From NCBI GenBank assembly GCA_013239625.1, contig MU053881.1:6471957-6535956 (forward strand): a DNA stretch of 64,000 bases, given 5' to 3'. A model generated the notes under the pieces. That model made no database searches, was not told the origin of the DNA, and was given only the letters and a program-made list of their open reading frames with translations. The first letter of the stretch is position 1, and each line of letters begins with the position of its first letter. This document shows, one piece after another, positions 14,051 through 25,497 of this stretch. The translations under genes were made by a program, and so were the position numbers. The DNA comes from Lama guanicoe. Lineage: Eukaryota.

Positions 14051-15009
14051 TTTACTGGTTGTTCTCCAGTAACTTGAAGCAGTTATTTTATATATATATA
14101 TGTATATAAATTTATACATATAAATATATATGTGTATATAGTTGTTGATACATGGTGAATTATTGTTAAATATATATTTCTTTATAGTTGTTATATATGT
14201 AATATAGTTGTTAAATAGAGATATTTGTTCTGCTTTTATCATTGTTTTCAGTGGGAGGTCTAATCTCGCATAAGCTAATTCGTTATGACAAGACTCTTTG
14301 CATCTTCCATTCTTCACACTTGATTTTCATAGGTTGCCCGGAGTCCATGAATCCTCATCTCTACAGCTCAACTCCTCAACTTTAAAATCTTCCATCCCTC
14401 ATCCTGCCATTTTGTACTCCTAAATCCTAAAGGTTTCGATTTCTATATCTTAACTTTTATTTCTATGTCCCAAGACATTTGATATCCAATCTCATTTGTG
14501 ATTCCCACATCCCAACATTTCTGACTCTCACATCCTAAGCACCAGTGTTGATTTCTGACCTCCCTATTACCTCTGCCGCACAGTAAATACCCCATTATTT
14601 TAACCGCCTATTGCCTTTGCCTAACTTCTAGATCCCAACCACACTATAAAGCTATTGTTTTAAAGTAGCATCTCTATTACCTCAATTTTTAGGTCATCAC
14701 GAGAGGAACAATTACTCCAGATTTGATTATTTAGCTTTTTCTTTTCCCACTCCAGAATTTCCTTGGCACAAATGAAAGGTTGTGTGTGACAAGAACAGCA
14801 GCTGACTATTCTGTGGATTCACCAGGTAATTCTGGAAGTGAGAAACCAATTATTTTTTCCCTTTAAATTTGAGTGACTATGTAAGATTTCTGTTTTTAAT
14901 TAACACTCTCTTCCATGATTTTCTGTCAACAAAATACGTGCACAATTCCATATATTTTTTGTCAATTAACAAAATTTAAGATAGAATTGTGTCATTACAG
15001 CTATTAAAA

Positions 15010-15247
15010 TCAGCACAGAAGATGCTCCAGGATGTCAAATAATTCATCTCTACCACAAAACTCAATTAAAGGAGGGACATTTAGCGCCCTTAGGAATTAC
15101 ACAATTATCTTCCTTTATAGCAACTAGCCTTCTAAAAAAGACAAATAGATCTTTATCTTTGTATCTTTTCAGGGGATTCAATTAACATTTGTAATTCTGA
15201 TGCTTTAGGAAATTCATCTAGCAACTCAGAGTTTGGAGTTGTTATTT
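15010..15247 (-). pseudogene. Decayed gene, terminal coding exon: (E)ITTPNSELLDEFPKASELQMLIESPE/RYKDKDLFVFFRRLVAIKEDNCVIPKGA/NVPPLIEFCGRDELFDILEHLLC*
   Basis: cctgaccttAG acceptor; phase-1 start completes GAA with the preceding exon; two +1 shifts; TGA at 15010-15012; ATTAAA on the minus strand at 14895-14900. Confidence 0.72.
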
Positions 15248-15762
15248 CTAAGGTCAGGATAACAGTAAGTCTATTATTTAGAAATTTCACAAGAAGTGAT
15301 ATTGAGATGAGACAAGCAAGCAGTGTTTAGGAAAACAGACATGTAGCCAGATAACCTGGATTAGGATGCCAGCTTTCTCACTTACTAGCTGTTAAACTTT
15401 GTGCAGTTACTTAATCTCTCAATGCCTTCATTTCCTCAACTATAAAGTGGAGACTAGTAGTATCTATCTCATAGGTTGCAGTGATGACTACATGAGGTAA
15501 TATTATATAAAGTACTTAGTATCTGGCAAATAAGTGCTACATAAATACTGATTTTTATTATCAAGTAAATTCATATCATTCTTTCAATATCATTAAACCA
15601 ATATATTTAATGGAATGACATTTTAATTTTAATCAAACAGAGTAAATTATTCCATACTTTTTTACTTTGTAAATGTACAATCAAGCTGGATATTTCCTCA
15701 TTGTCCCTCCTACCCAACCTGGCTTCTCAGTCCTGGAAATTTCTGAAAGTCTGTGACATTAC

Positions 15763-15866
15763 CGACATTAACAGTATTTCTAGTTCGTGTTTTCATAAAC
15801 AGTGGGACTGAAACTTCAAAATCTCCAACTAAAATTCTCACTTTCTGAGTACTTAAAATGTGAAAC
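15763..15866 (-). pseudogene. Decayed gene exon: (R)FHILSTQKVRILVGDFEVSVPLFMKTRTRNTVNV(E)
   Basis: catAG acceptor (weak pyrimidine tract), G|GTAATG donor; 104 nt = 1 + 34 codons + 1, no stops, phase 2 in and phase 1 out. Confidence 0.72.
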
Positions 15867-16109
15867 CTATGATCATTTATTTTTGCAGCACATGTAAACA
15901 AAATATAGGAAACATTAATACACATTTCCCTTAACTTATTTGACAAATGTAATTCAATTAAATACACTTAGTGAGATTGCTTAATACCTCAATAGGCTTG
16001 GAGAATCCAGCAGAGGGCAGGCAGGTGAGAGAAATAAGAGAATGCATCCAAAAAAATTCAAATTTATGTAAAACCCCTCCAAAACACAGTAGTCACATAA
16101 AATATTTAC

Positions 16110-16337
16110 CTGTGTTTATTTCTTTCATGTTGGTCGATTTCATCTATATTTTTGTTTTGTCAAAAACAAAACTTTAAACTTCATTTATTGAAATACTCAG
16201 TGTAAAACCAGAGTAACACACACAAAATTTTTTTCTTCACTGGTGACATGGATATCAGTTATTTTATAATCTTTATTTTATATTGATACTAAAAACTGTA
16301 CGCACTTTTTCTTTAACTGATTTTCACTTTTAACACC
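16110..16337 (-). pseudogene. Decayed gene exon: GVKSENQLKKKCVQFLVSI*NKDYKITDIHVTSEEKNFVCVTLV/YTEYFNK*SLKFCF*QNKNIDEIDQHERNKH(R)
   Basis: ttattgccAG acceptor, CAG|GTAAAT donor; phase 0 in and phase 2 out, with one frameshift and three stops. Confidence 0.68.
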
Positions 16338-17276
16338 CTGGCAATAATAAAGGCATACTGCTGTGTATTAGTAATGCCATTATTTTGACAAATAAAAATT
16401 AATGTTTCTCATTCTGTATATTGCCATGTATTATTTATATATTAGTTCTTCCACATAATAATAATAGTTTAAAGCATTGATATGTAAGCAAGATAGTAGC
16501 ATTATGTTAATATGTTTCCTGTAAGTTACTGCTAAGCAGGATCTTGATAAAATGTGACCTAATATGAAATGATATTAGATCAATTAAGCAATATAATCTT
16601 TCTGAAAAAGCAGTTTTGCAGAATGTGTATCAGAAACCTTGAAAATATTTATCTTCACCCACCTTCTAGAAAGTGATTCTAACAAATAGCCTAATTTTTT
16701 GGAAGAGTTTTATATGCAGAGATATTTATTACAGCATGATTTACAATAGGAAGAAGCAGAGCAGCTTAAATAAATTATGGTACAGCATATGACAGAATCC
16801 TATATGGTCGTTAAGAGATATTTATGGAGAGTTTTGTTAAAAAAAAGAAAGAAAGAAAAGAAAAGTGGAAAATGCTATGTTGTAAGATTAAGTGTAAAGG
16901 GGAAAATGAAACAATATATCATTTCAATCAAATGAAAAAAGGCATAGAAAAAAAATAAATGGAACAGAATACAAACAAATGTTAACTGTGCTATCTTATG
17001 AATGGTGAAATTAACAGGTGATTTTTCCTTCATCATGTTTCTGTGTTTTCAAGATTTCCTAAAATGTACATTATTCATTTTTATAATTAGAGAAAAACGT
17101 GATGTAACAAAAAATCAGACCGAAAGAGATTACTGTTAATCTTATTAAAGAAGTACTTATTAAAGAAGTGCTGATGGCAGGTGTATATGTTTGGAGAAAG
17201 GCCAATTAGAAAAGTTGAACTTGACCAGACAGGCAGTTTTGCCACAAATCTTTTTTAGAATAAGGCTAAGTATGGA

Positions 17277-17283
17277 TGTGGTG

Positions 17284-17319
<36 letters not shown>
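17277..17319. repeat. (TG)n microsatellite
   Basis: Interrupted TG run. Confidence 0.9.
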
Positions 17320-17674
17320 CATATAATGTTTTAAAATAATGCAGGCTTTTTTTAAGGACCCAGATACTTAATTTTATTCAGTTTTTAATGTTTGGAAAAT
17401 AGTATTGTTTTGCCATTTACATTTTTTAAAAGCTACTCTGCTTATCATCCAACTCTAAAAGACTATGATTGATTCTTTTAAAATTATGAAATAGTGATTT
17501 GTTGAAGACATGGCATGTTAACAGTCCTGCCAGCCTAAAAGCTCTGTGAAAAGTCTGAGACTCTTGACTTTTTTTTTTTAATCAGAGAGGTCACTGATGA
17601 CTCTCTAGTTGACTACAAAAGAGACAACTGAGAGAACTGTCAATGAACATGGAAACTTAGGCTTTAAGTGCTAC

Positions 17675-17972
17675 CTGGAAGATATCGGACAGTGTGGCTA
17701 TCATAGCACACTGGCCACTTTCAGAGGAAGCCAGAGCACTTTCAGTGTACTGAGAAGAGCGAAACAGGATAAAGCTCTTCTCCATCAAATATGCAAAGAA
17801 TTGGGCATGTAAATTAACCTTGACAGGTCTTGCCAACAGCTGCTGGAGAAGGACAACCTCCTTTTCCAGTTCTGGTATCATGTGCTGATAGTATTTCCTT
17901 GACTCACAAAGGGTCATATCATAGTTAAATAATGCAGTCTTAAATTGAAATTGAGATTATAAAATGTGTTAT
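17675..17972 (-). pseudogene. Decayed gene exon: *HIL*SQFQFKTALFNYDMTLCESRKYYQHMIPELEKEVVLLQQLLARPVKVNLHAQFFAYLMEKSFILFRSSQYTESALASSESGQCAMIATLSDIFQ
   Basis: Strong acceptor ctctatttccttacAG, CAG|GTAGCA donor; 298 nt = 1 + 99 codons with only two TAA near the start; overlaps ORF 17657..17917. Confidence 0.78.
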
Positions 17973-18599
17973 CTGTAAGGAAATAGAGAGATTCCCTTAG
18001 AGAATCTGTCACCATTTATAGCCCATTTTATGCACATAGCTACTTCACAGAAATAGGCATGTCCCATTTTCAAGTGCTTTCTTCTAAAAGATTTCCGTAA
18101 AATGTTTAAGTCTGTATCATTGAGAGCAATACTGTTTAATTGTTTTTAGAGCAAAATTAATTTGGAATAAAATATAAAACTAGGTCCTTCACATACTAAG
18201 AAAAAAGTAAAATGAAAAAGAGGTGGATGAGTCAGTGTGACAAAATATTGGTAATTATTGAATCTGGGTGATGAGTCTATAAAGCTTAATTATACTGTTT
18301 TTCTCTATTTTTGAGGAAGCCTGAAAATTCTTATAATAAAAATCAGTAACAGTTCAATGACTTTATGGTTTACTGTGAAAAACCTCAATTCTGTACTGTG
18401 AGTTTAGTTTTAGAATCTTACTTTTCCAGTTTTACCTATTACTACTTGCTCTTAAGCACCCTATAATGCTATGGTGAATGATTTGTGTAGAATTATTGTA
18501 CTCCGTGCTTTCCTTACACTGTTTCCTCCACTTAAATGTACTTTCCACCCACATTCCAAGAATTCCCCAGAGATGTGGTTTAAAAATTTGTTAATACAA

Positions 18600-19110
18600 A
18601 CATAGTCCCTGACTTACAATGGTTCCACTTAATGATTTTTCAGCTTTGCAATAGTGTGAAACTGGTAACGCATTCAGTAGAAACCTTGCTTCAAATTTTG
18701 AATTTTGATTATTTCCTAGGCTATTGATATGGGGTATGGTACACTCTTGTGGTGCTGGGTAGCATCAGCAAGCTGCAGCTCCTAATCAGCCATGTGATCA
18801 CAAAAGTAAACAACCAATAAATATACTTACAACCATTCTGCACCCATACTACTATTTTTTTTTTACTTTCAGTACAATATTTAATAAACTGCGTGAGATA
18901 TTCAACATTATTATAAAATAGGCTTTGTGTTAAATGATTTTTGACCAACTGTAGACTACTATAAATGTTCTGAGCATGTTTAAGATAGGCTAGGCTAAGC
19001 TATGATGTTCAGGAGGTCAGGTGTATTAAATGCATTTTCGACTTAGTATATTTTCAACTTATGTTGGGTTTATCAGTATGTAACCCCATCATAAGCTGAG
19101 GAAGATCTGT
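18600..19110 (-). mobile_element. TcMar-Tigger element (MER47/Tigger5-like)
   Basis: ctaggctaagctatgatgttc...gtattaaatgcattttcgactta...aaccccatcataagctgaggaagatctg; inverted terminal similarity with gacttacaatgg at the left end. Confidence 0.7.
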
Positions 19111-19121
19111 AGTAACTACTA

Positions 19122-19607
19122 CAGGCATACCTCAAAGATATCTGCGGGTTTGGTTCTAGACCATTGCAATAAAACAAGTTTCGCAGTAAAGCAAGTCACA
19201 TGAATTTTTTGGTTTCCCAGTGCATAGAAAAGTTATCTTTACACTATACCATAGTTTATTTAATATGCAATAGCAGTATGTCTAAAGGAATAATGTACAT
19301 ACCTTAATTTAAAAATACTTTATTGCTAAAAAAGGCTAACCATCATCTGGGCCTTCAGTTAGTTGTAGTAATGGCATCAAAGATCACTGATCACAGATTA
19401 TTGTAACATATATAATAATAATGAAAATGTTTGAAATACTATGAGAATACCAGAATATGACCCAGAGACACAGAGTGAGCAAATGCTGTTGGAAAAATGG
19501 TGCTGATAAGATGTCGGACACAGGCTTGCCACAAACCTTCAATTTGTAAACAACACATTATGTGTGAAGTGCAAAGAAGCAAAGCACAACGGAACGAGGC
19601 ATGCTTG
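19122..19607 (+). mobile_element. Internally deleted Tigger1-type DNA transposon
   Basis: Terminal inverted repeats caggcatacctc ... gaggcatgcttg with TA on both sides; Tigger1 5' and 3' end sequences joined. Confidence 0.85.
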
Positions 19608-20252
19608 TATTTTTTGAGAGCCTACTCTGAGCAAGGCAATGTGCTGGGTGATTGACGTATATTCATTATTAAACTATCCTGAGATACTCCTGAGAAGGTA
19701 TGGCAACAGGACCAAAGAGGTAAAATAATTTACTCACAGTCTTTTTCACTCTGAAGCATATTATGCTATTTATCTATTTATTTATTTAACCACACCAGTG
19801 CGTGTCAAACCTGAGAATAAATTGGGATCATCTGGAACAATTGTTTTAAAATACAGAATAATGAGGCACACCCCCTGTATCCTGATTTTTTTTGGCTGCA
19901 TTTGGGTCCTGCAGTTGGTCCTTTCATCAGGGTGTCAAGATGAGTCTATAACTTGTAATCTTCGAATCACACTTTGAGAAACACTGCACCACCATCCTTT
20001 TTCTTTACCACCATGTATAGACCTCTAAGTCATATTGATGCCTTCATACACATGAAATGGTTTTGTAAATCTTCTAACACCTTAAATATGTGAGGTATTA
20101 TTGTATTGGCTGACATGATTTCAATGGAAATGTTTTAATTATATCAAACTTGAATTTTAAAAAGTGACCTGGAGGAAAGAACTCATTAACATTATCAACA
20201 AATATACTAATATATTGACTGTGTGAACTGTGCAAATACTTCACATACTTAC

Positions 20253-20380
20253 ATTGAAATATGCCTATTATCATCAGGAAGGAATTTTATCTGGCTTTTT
20301 CTTCCACCCCAGATGTGGTGTTGGATGGACTGAAACTTTACAACCAAAAATGACATCATTTCAAGTGAAGTTCTCTGTAT
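20253..20380 (-). pseudogene. Decayed gene exon: IQRTSLEMMSFLVVKFQSIQHHIWGGRKSQIKFLPDDNRHIS(I)
   Basis: tttctttgcctcctcaAG acceptor, AT|GTAAGT consensus donor; 128 nt = 42 codons + 2, no stops; phase 2 out matches the next exon. Confidence 0.75.
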
Positions 20381-20528
20381 CTTGAGGAGGCAAAGAAATA
20401 ATAGGACTTACAAGAAAAAAAATAAGTAAGTGAGAAATGTGTGTTAAAAAATGGTCCTAATGTGTAAAGAAATGTTTTTGGAAATAATTTGTTCATGTAT
20501 AAATTCAATTGGTACAAATAATTGGGAC

Positions 20529-20681
20529 CTTTTTAAATTCATGTAGTCTCGGTTAGACTTTCAGCCAAAATTGCTCCAAAAATACATGTGTTTATGCAGC
20601 CTGGAAAGGGGACTTCCAATGACAGAGAAATCTTGCATTATAAACTTATTCAGAGATGCTTGTTATTTAAATGAGGATGGA
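20529..20681 (-). pseudogene. Decayed gene exon: SILI*ITSISE*VYNARFLCHWKSPFQAA*THVFLEQFWLKV*PRLHEFKK
   Basis: aaatAG acceptor, AAG|GT donor (weak); 153 nt = 51 codons, phase 0/0; four TAA stops. Confidence 0.55.
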
Positions 20682-20789
20682 CTATTTAGGGTGGTTAAAA
20701 TTTCCAAAAAGACTTGGTAATAATGAAACTGTGAAGTGTGCTGTACTAAGTTGGGTGGGGGATGCTGAGAAGGAGAAAAATAGGAAAAT

Positions 20790-21760
20790 AATGGGGGGAA
20801 ATGGCCCAAATATCTGATAAGGGACTTGTATCTAGAATATATAAAGACAATTACAACTCAGTAATAGAGGACAACCCAATTAAAAATGGGTAAAGGACCT
20901 GAATAGGAATTCCTTCAAAGAAGAAATACAAATGACCAGTGAGCATGTGAAAAGATGCACAGCATCATAAGCCATTGGGAAAAGTAAGTCAAAACTATGA
21001 GAGATCATTTCACATACACTAGGATGGCCGTAATAGAAAAAAGGTAATAATTGTTGGTGAGCATGTGGAGAAACTGGAACCCTGATGACCCTCTGTTGGG
21101 AATGTAAAATGTTGCAGGTGCTTTGGAGAACAGTCTAGAAGTTCCTTAAGTAGTTAAACAAGGAGTTAACCATATGATGCAGTATTTCTACCTGTAGGTA
21201 TATACCCAAGGGAAATGAAAGCACGTCCACACAAAAATGTGTACACTAGTGTTTATAGTAGCATTATTCCTAATAACCAAAAAGTGAAAACAACCCAGAC
21301 GTCCATCAACTGAAGAATGATTTTTTTAATGTAGTATTTACATACAGTGGAATAATAGCAATAAAGAAGAGTGAAGTACTGACACATGCTACACCGTGGA
21401 TGAACCTTAAGAACATTATGTTAGGGAAAGAAGCCAGTGCCAAAGGATCACATATCGCATGATTCCATTTATCTGAAATGTCTAGAATAAGAAAGCCCAT
21501 TGAGACAAAAAGATTAGTGATTATCTAGGTCTGGACAGATGGGATGATTGGAGGGTGATGACAAAGAGAGGAGTAGGGTTTCTTTTTGGGGGTAGTGAAA
21601 ATATAAAATTGTGGTGAATGAAATTGACTATGGTGATGGATGCACAGCTCTGTGAATATACTAAAAGTGATTACATTGTACACTTTAGATGAGTGGATTG
21701 TACAGTATGGGAAATATATCTCCATTAAAACAGTTAACAAAAAGGGACCATATCAAAAAA
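20790..21760 (+). mobile_element. L1 (L1M-type) ORF2 end and 3' UTR
   Basis: tatctgataagggacttgtatctagaatatataaa...ctttggagaacagtct...gatgaaccttaagaacattatg. Confidence 0.85.
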
Positions 21761-22409
21761 CACAAAAACTGTTTTTATAATATAAGGGATAGAAATAGTC
21801 ATTACTCCAGGGTGTCATTTTCACTGTGTGGATGGGAGAAGAAAAATGTATTTTTGAGCACTTCTGTACCAAGCTTTGTACAATTCGTATTTAACACTAC
21901 CAGTTGGCAAGGTAGATATTTTCTTAGTTTACAGGTAACTTCAAAGATCGGAAACACCTTTCTCAAGGTCAGTCACATAGTTAAGTGGCAGGGCCCATAA
22001 TTGAATAAGATTTGTCTGTAAGTAAGTTTTTTTTCCCATTACATCATAACTAGCTTCATAATTTTATTTCAATAATGGAGCTAAATCTCAAACAGACTCT
22101 TTATTCAGAAATGAAATACAACAACTAAGAATATGGTAAATTCTATTTTGATGTTATTTTTTTTAATCACATTAAAAATATCCTAAACTTCTAGAGTTGC
22201 CTCAGAGGACATTTTTATCCATTTAAAGAATAAAACTTAAAATATATGCATATGCACATATTCAATTAATATTTAATTATGTTTACTAAAAATTCTTTCT
22301 GAAAAATAATGCAATATTATTGTTGCATAAGTGATTCAACTTTTGGAAATTGACATTTATAGTCCAGGGTACAAAAATTGAGTCCAACTATGTGAATTTT
22401 CTTGCTCAC

Positions 22410-22746
22410 TTATTTAGCTATTTGTTGTAGTCTTTATAGCAGTTGATACAAGCTGACATTGTATGGTTATTTGATGGCTGATACGGTTCTAAATGCAGAT
22501 AGTTTTTATAAATTTTATATTCTATAGCTTCTACTTCTTAATATTAAGTGTTTTTTTCATTAGCAGTAATCTCGGGAAATCAGAATCAGTCAATTTAACA
22601 TTAAAGTAATTTTTCGTTTTTGTTCTGGGAAGGCAGGAATGTCAGTGCCAAGGGCACCAAATAAAAAACCAGAAATCACATAAATCCCCCTTTTCAAGGG
22701 CAAAACTACTCTATGTGACCCTTGGAAGTATTAGTTTGTGAACATC
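22410..22746 (-). pseudogene. Decayed gene exon (heavily frameshifted): DVHKLILPRVT*SSFALEKGDLCDF...LSAFRTVSAIK*PYNVSLYQLL*RLQQIAK*
   Basis: Donor GTGAGC after 22410; acceptor appears mutated (tttatttttcatTG); phase 0 at both ends; the middle needs several shifts. Confidence 0.45.
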
Positions 22747-23210
22747 CAATGAAAAATAAATGGGATAAGAAATAAAACAAAAAGTGAACTGGTGTTAAAT
22801 TGTTGCTTTTCAACATTAGGGAATACATTTTATATTGAGAAACTCATAAAGAATAGATGATTTAGCTTAGCTCTCCTAACCAGCAAATTTTCTGTCCTAG
22901 CTTGTGTTAAAAGCTTCCAATATTTGGTAATACTTTACTTTTTTGTTTTTTCTCTTTGGGGAATATTTTATGATTGCTAACAATAGTAACCTTTTTTTGG
23001 ACTTAAATGAATCAAACCTCTTTAGTTTTAATGCTGAATTGTCCACAAACCAATTATTCCATTCTTGGCTAAAGGAAACTGTGATATGACTTCACTGCTC
23101 CAGCTAATACCACATATTAATCAGCAAAGCTGGCCCTTTAATTTTCCTGTGTATTACAGACTTAATCTACTCACAGTAACCTGTGCTAATATCACTCATG
23201 ACAAACCTAC

Positions 23211-24623
23211 CTGTCTTGTCTGCAAGAGGTCTCACAGAGTTTCTACAGCTCGAACATGCTCAAAGTTCAAACTCAGTCTATTACATTATCTGCCAAAACC
23301 CCAAAGAAAATCACACCCAATGGACTGTTAAACCACATTAGGTTTGTATTATTTAGCTCAAGAACACTGAATCAGAGTTAAGTAAATGCTGCTTTGAAAG
23401 TATTTTAAGCGGTTCTAGCTTGTTTTTGCTGATAAGTATATATATATATATCAGTATGTAAAAATAACTGCAAATTGTTTCTTATGAATGTAGGAAAATC
23501 ATCATTATGTTGGCAAAATGGTCATTTGGCAAAGCATGTGGATTCACACCATTACAGGAAGGTATTAACATAAATTAACAGAGTAATGGTTAACTATGTT
23601 TTTGTAAATGTGGTCAATTTTTAAAGGCTTGTCACAAGATTCTGAAAGAATCCTACTTGCTGAATTAATTTTCTTATACTTTAACTTCGAATGGTGCTAT
23701 TATTCATGTAGAATAGAATATAGAATTCTAATTCATGCAGAATTGGAATGTAGAAGGAATAACCAAATCAAGAACAGTAAGATTTGTATACCCAAATCAT
23801 TGACATTGCTAGTCCTTTTAGACTCAGCCTTAGGAACTCACAAATTACACTAAAAAGTTGTGAATCAATTATTAGAAATGATGTAGAAGATTCCTGAAAA
23901 CTAGCTTTGATGACCTTAAAAATGATACCTGAGGAGCTACCCTAATTTTAAAAGGTTTTTTCAAAGTAGGCTCTGGAAAACTTAGTCTTATGAATACCCA
24001 TTAATAATAAATATGATAATGCTATCAGAATCATTGTACTTCAAGTGTTCCTGTAGTTCTAGTAAGTACCCTGGAGAAAACAACCATTGTTTCTCATTTA
24101 CAACAGAATACATTCACAGTAATAGGTTAGGGCTGATTGGAGATGTTATTTTGAATACATGGGTCTGAGGCAAAAATAATCTCTTTGCTAAGCTCTGTAA
24201 TTCTCAAGAGTTTTGAGTTTCAGCACATCCAGTACTACGGCGCTCTGCAAACTGCATCTGTGTCTGCAATTCTAATACTGAGTTAGAAGGGGTTGACATT
24301 ATTGTAGTGAGGACATTGCTGGTTAAGCCTTCTTTCATCCCGGGAATCTCCTTCTTGGAGATCTCAAGTTTTTGCTTGTCAGAAACAAATATAGTAAGGA
24401 AACCTGTACATGTGGACTTCTGAAACTCAGTGGAATGATCATATTCTGAAATGCAAGTGTTTATAGTGACAGCATGTGGTAACGCACAGTGGGTTCTAGG
24501 CGGGTACTGAGGTAACTGTTGGATTTGCCCTATTTCATTAACAACTATCTTCAGAACTGTATTTTGAAAAGTTTGGTGAGCAATTTAGAGCTCTGGAGAG
24601 GACGCATTAGGACATTTGAAAAT
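23211..24623 (-). pseudogene. Decayed gene, large exon (or two exons): IFKCPNASSPEL*IAHQTFQNTVLKIVVNEIG...AETQNS* ... CNRLSLNFEHVRAVETL*DLLQTRQ
   Basis: Acceptor aatttcttacAG before 24623; 126 stop-free codons at 24207-24584; donor CAG|GTAGGT after 23211 in phase 0; a possible internal acceptor before 23324. Confidence 0.65.
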
Positions 24624-25497
24624 CTGTAAGAAATTGGAATGACTCATTTTTGGAGAAAGAAATATATTAATACGGGGCTGCAAAACTATCTCTGGGAAAG
24701 TTGCTATTGTAATTGCTTTATTTTTCTTCATCTTTCTGAATGATAGCAGTAGTTTTATGTTTACATTGGTTTCTTTATCCTATCAAGGAAAATGCAGTCT
24801 TCCAAGAACTTTATTTTGTCTTGTTATAGCTCTTAAGAGCACTGAAATAAATGCAAATGATTTCCCATTGACATAGGAAATCTTTTCTCCTTACTTATCA
24901 AGTAATGTAGATTTACAGGCTATTTACATGTGTGGTTCTTTTAAATGATATGCTTTGACTGTCACATCAAAATGAAATTTCATCCAATTGATGATGTGCC
25001 ACGTCCATACTTTAAAAAAAAAGTGTTGAACCCAGTACAGATATAATTCATATTTATTAAGGCATTTACCTTTTTGCTTCTTATTTTAAATTCCATTTGA
25101 TATCACTAAGTTAAAATTTAGTTGATTTTGCATGATAACTGTAGAAGAGATAAAGAAAATTCTGTTATGATTGTTATGAAATATATAAACAGAACCATTT
25201 GGTATTACTTGCTGAAGTCACATAGTCGAACTCTATTATAGCTGAATTTTTTATTCTTGTATAATTTTGTCTATGAAGTACCACTGAAGCAAGCCCTGAG
25301 ACAACTAACTCCACACACTTGAGTTTTTTAGATCTGTTTACCCAGGAATTAAGTCAGATTATGACCACTAATAGATATCAGGCTTTTATATCATTTCAAT
25401 ACATGTAGTCAGTGTTAGAAATGGAAAAACATATGCAGAGACTTATATTCTTAATTCTTTAAAAATTCCACTGAATGATATGGGGATTCTATATTAC

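Noticed and set aside
15800..15850. ILVGDFEVS as a kinase DFG-like motif
   Set aside because: No other kinase motifs in the neighbouring exons.
17730..17810. HAQFFAYLMEKSFILFRSSQY as the end of an RGS domain
   Set aside because: Resembles the AQ..IY.LMEKDSY.RF..S..Y pattern, but no upstream RGS helices (e.g. the FW motif) are visible; kept only as an alternative to test.
20313..20425. Plus-strand exon (ccccAG ... AA|GTAAGT)
   Set aside because: Overlaps a fully open, phase-consistent minus-strand exon (20253-20380), and all three plus-strand frames contain stops.
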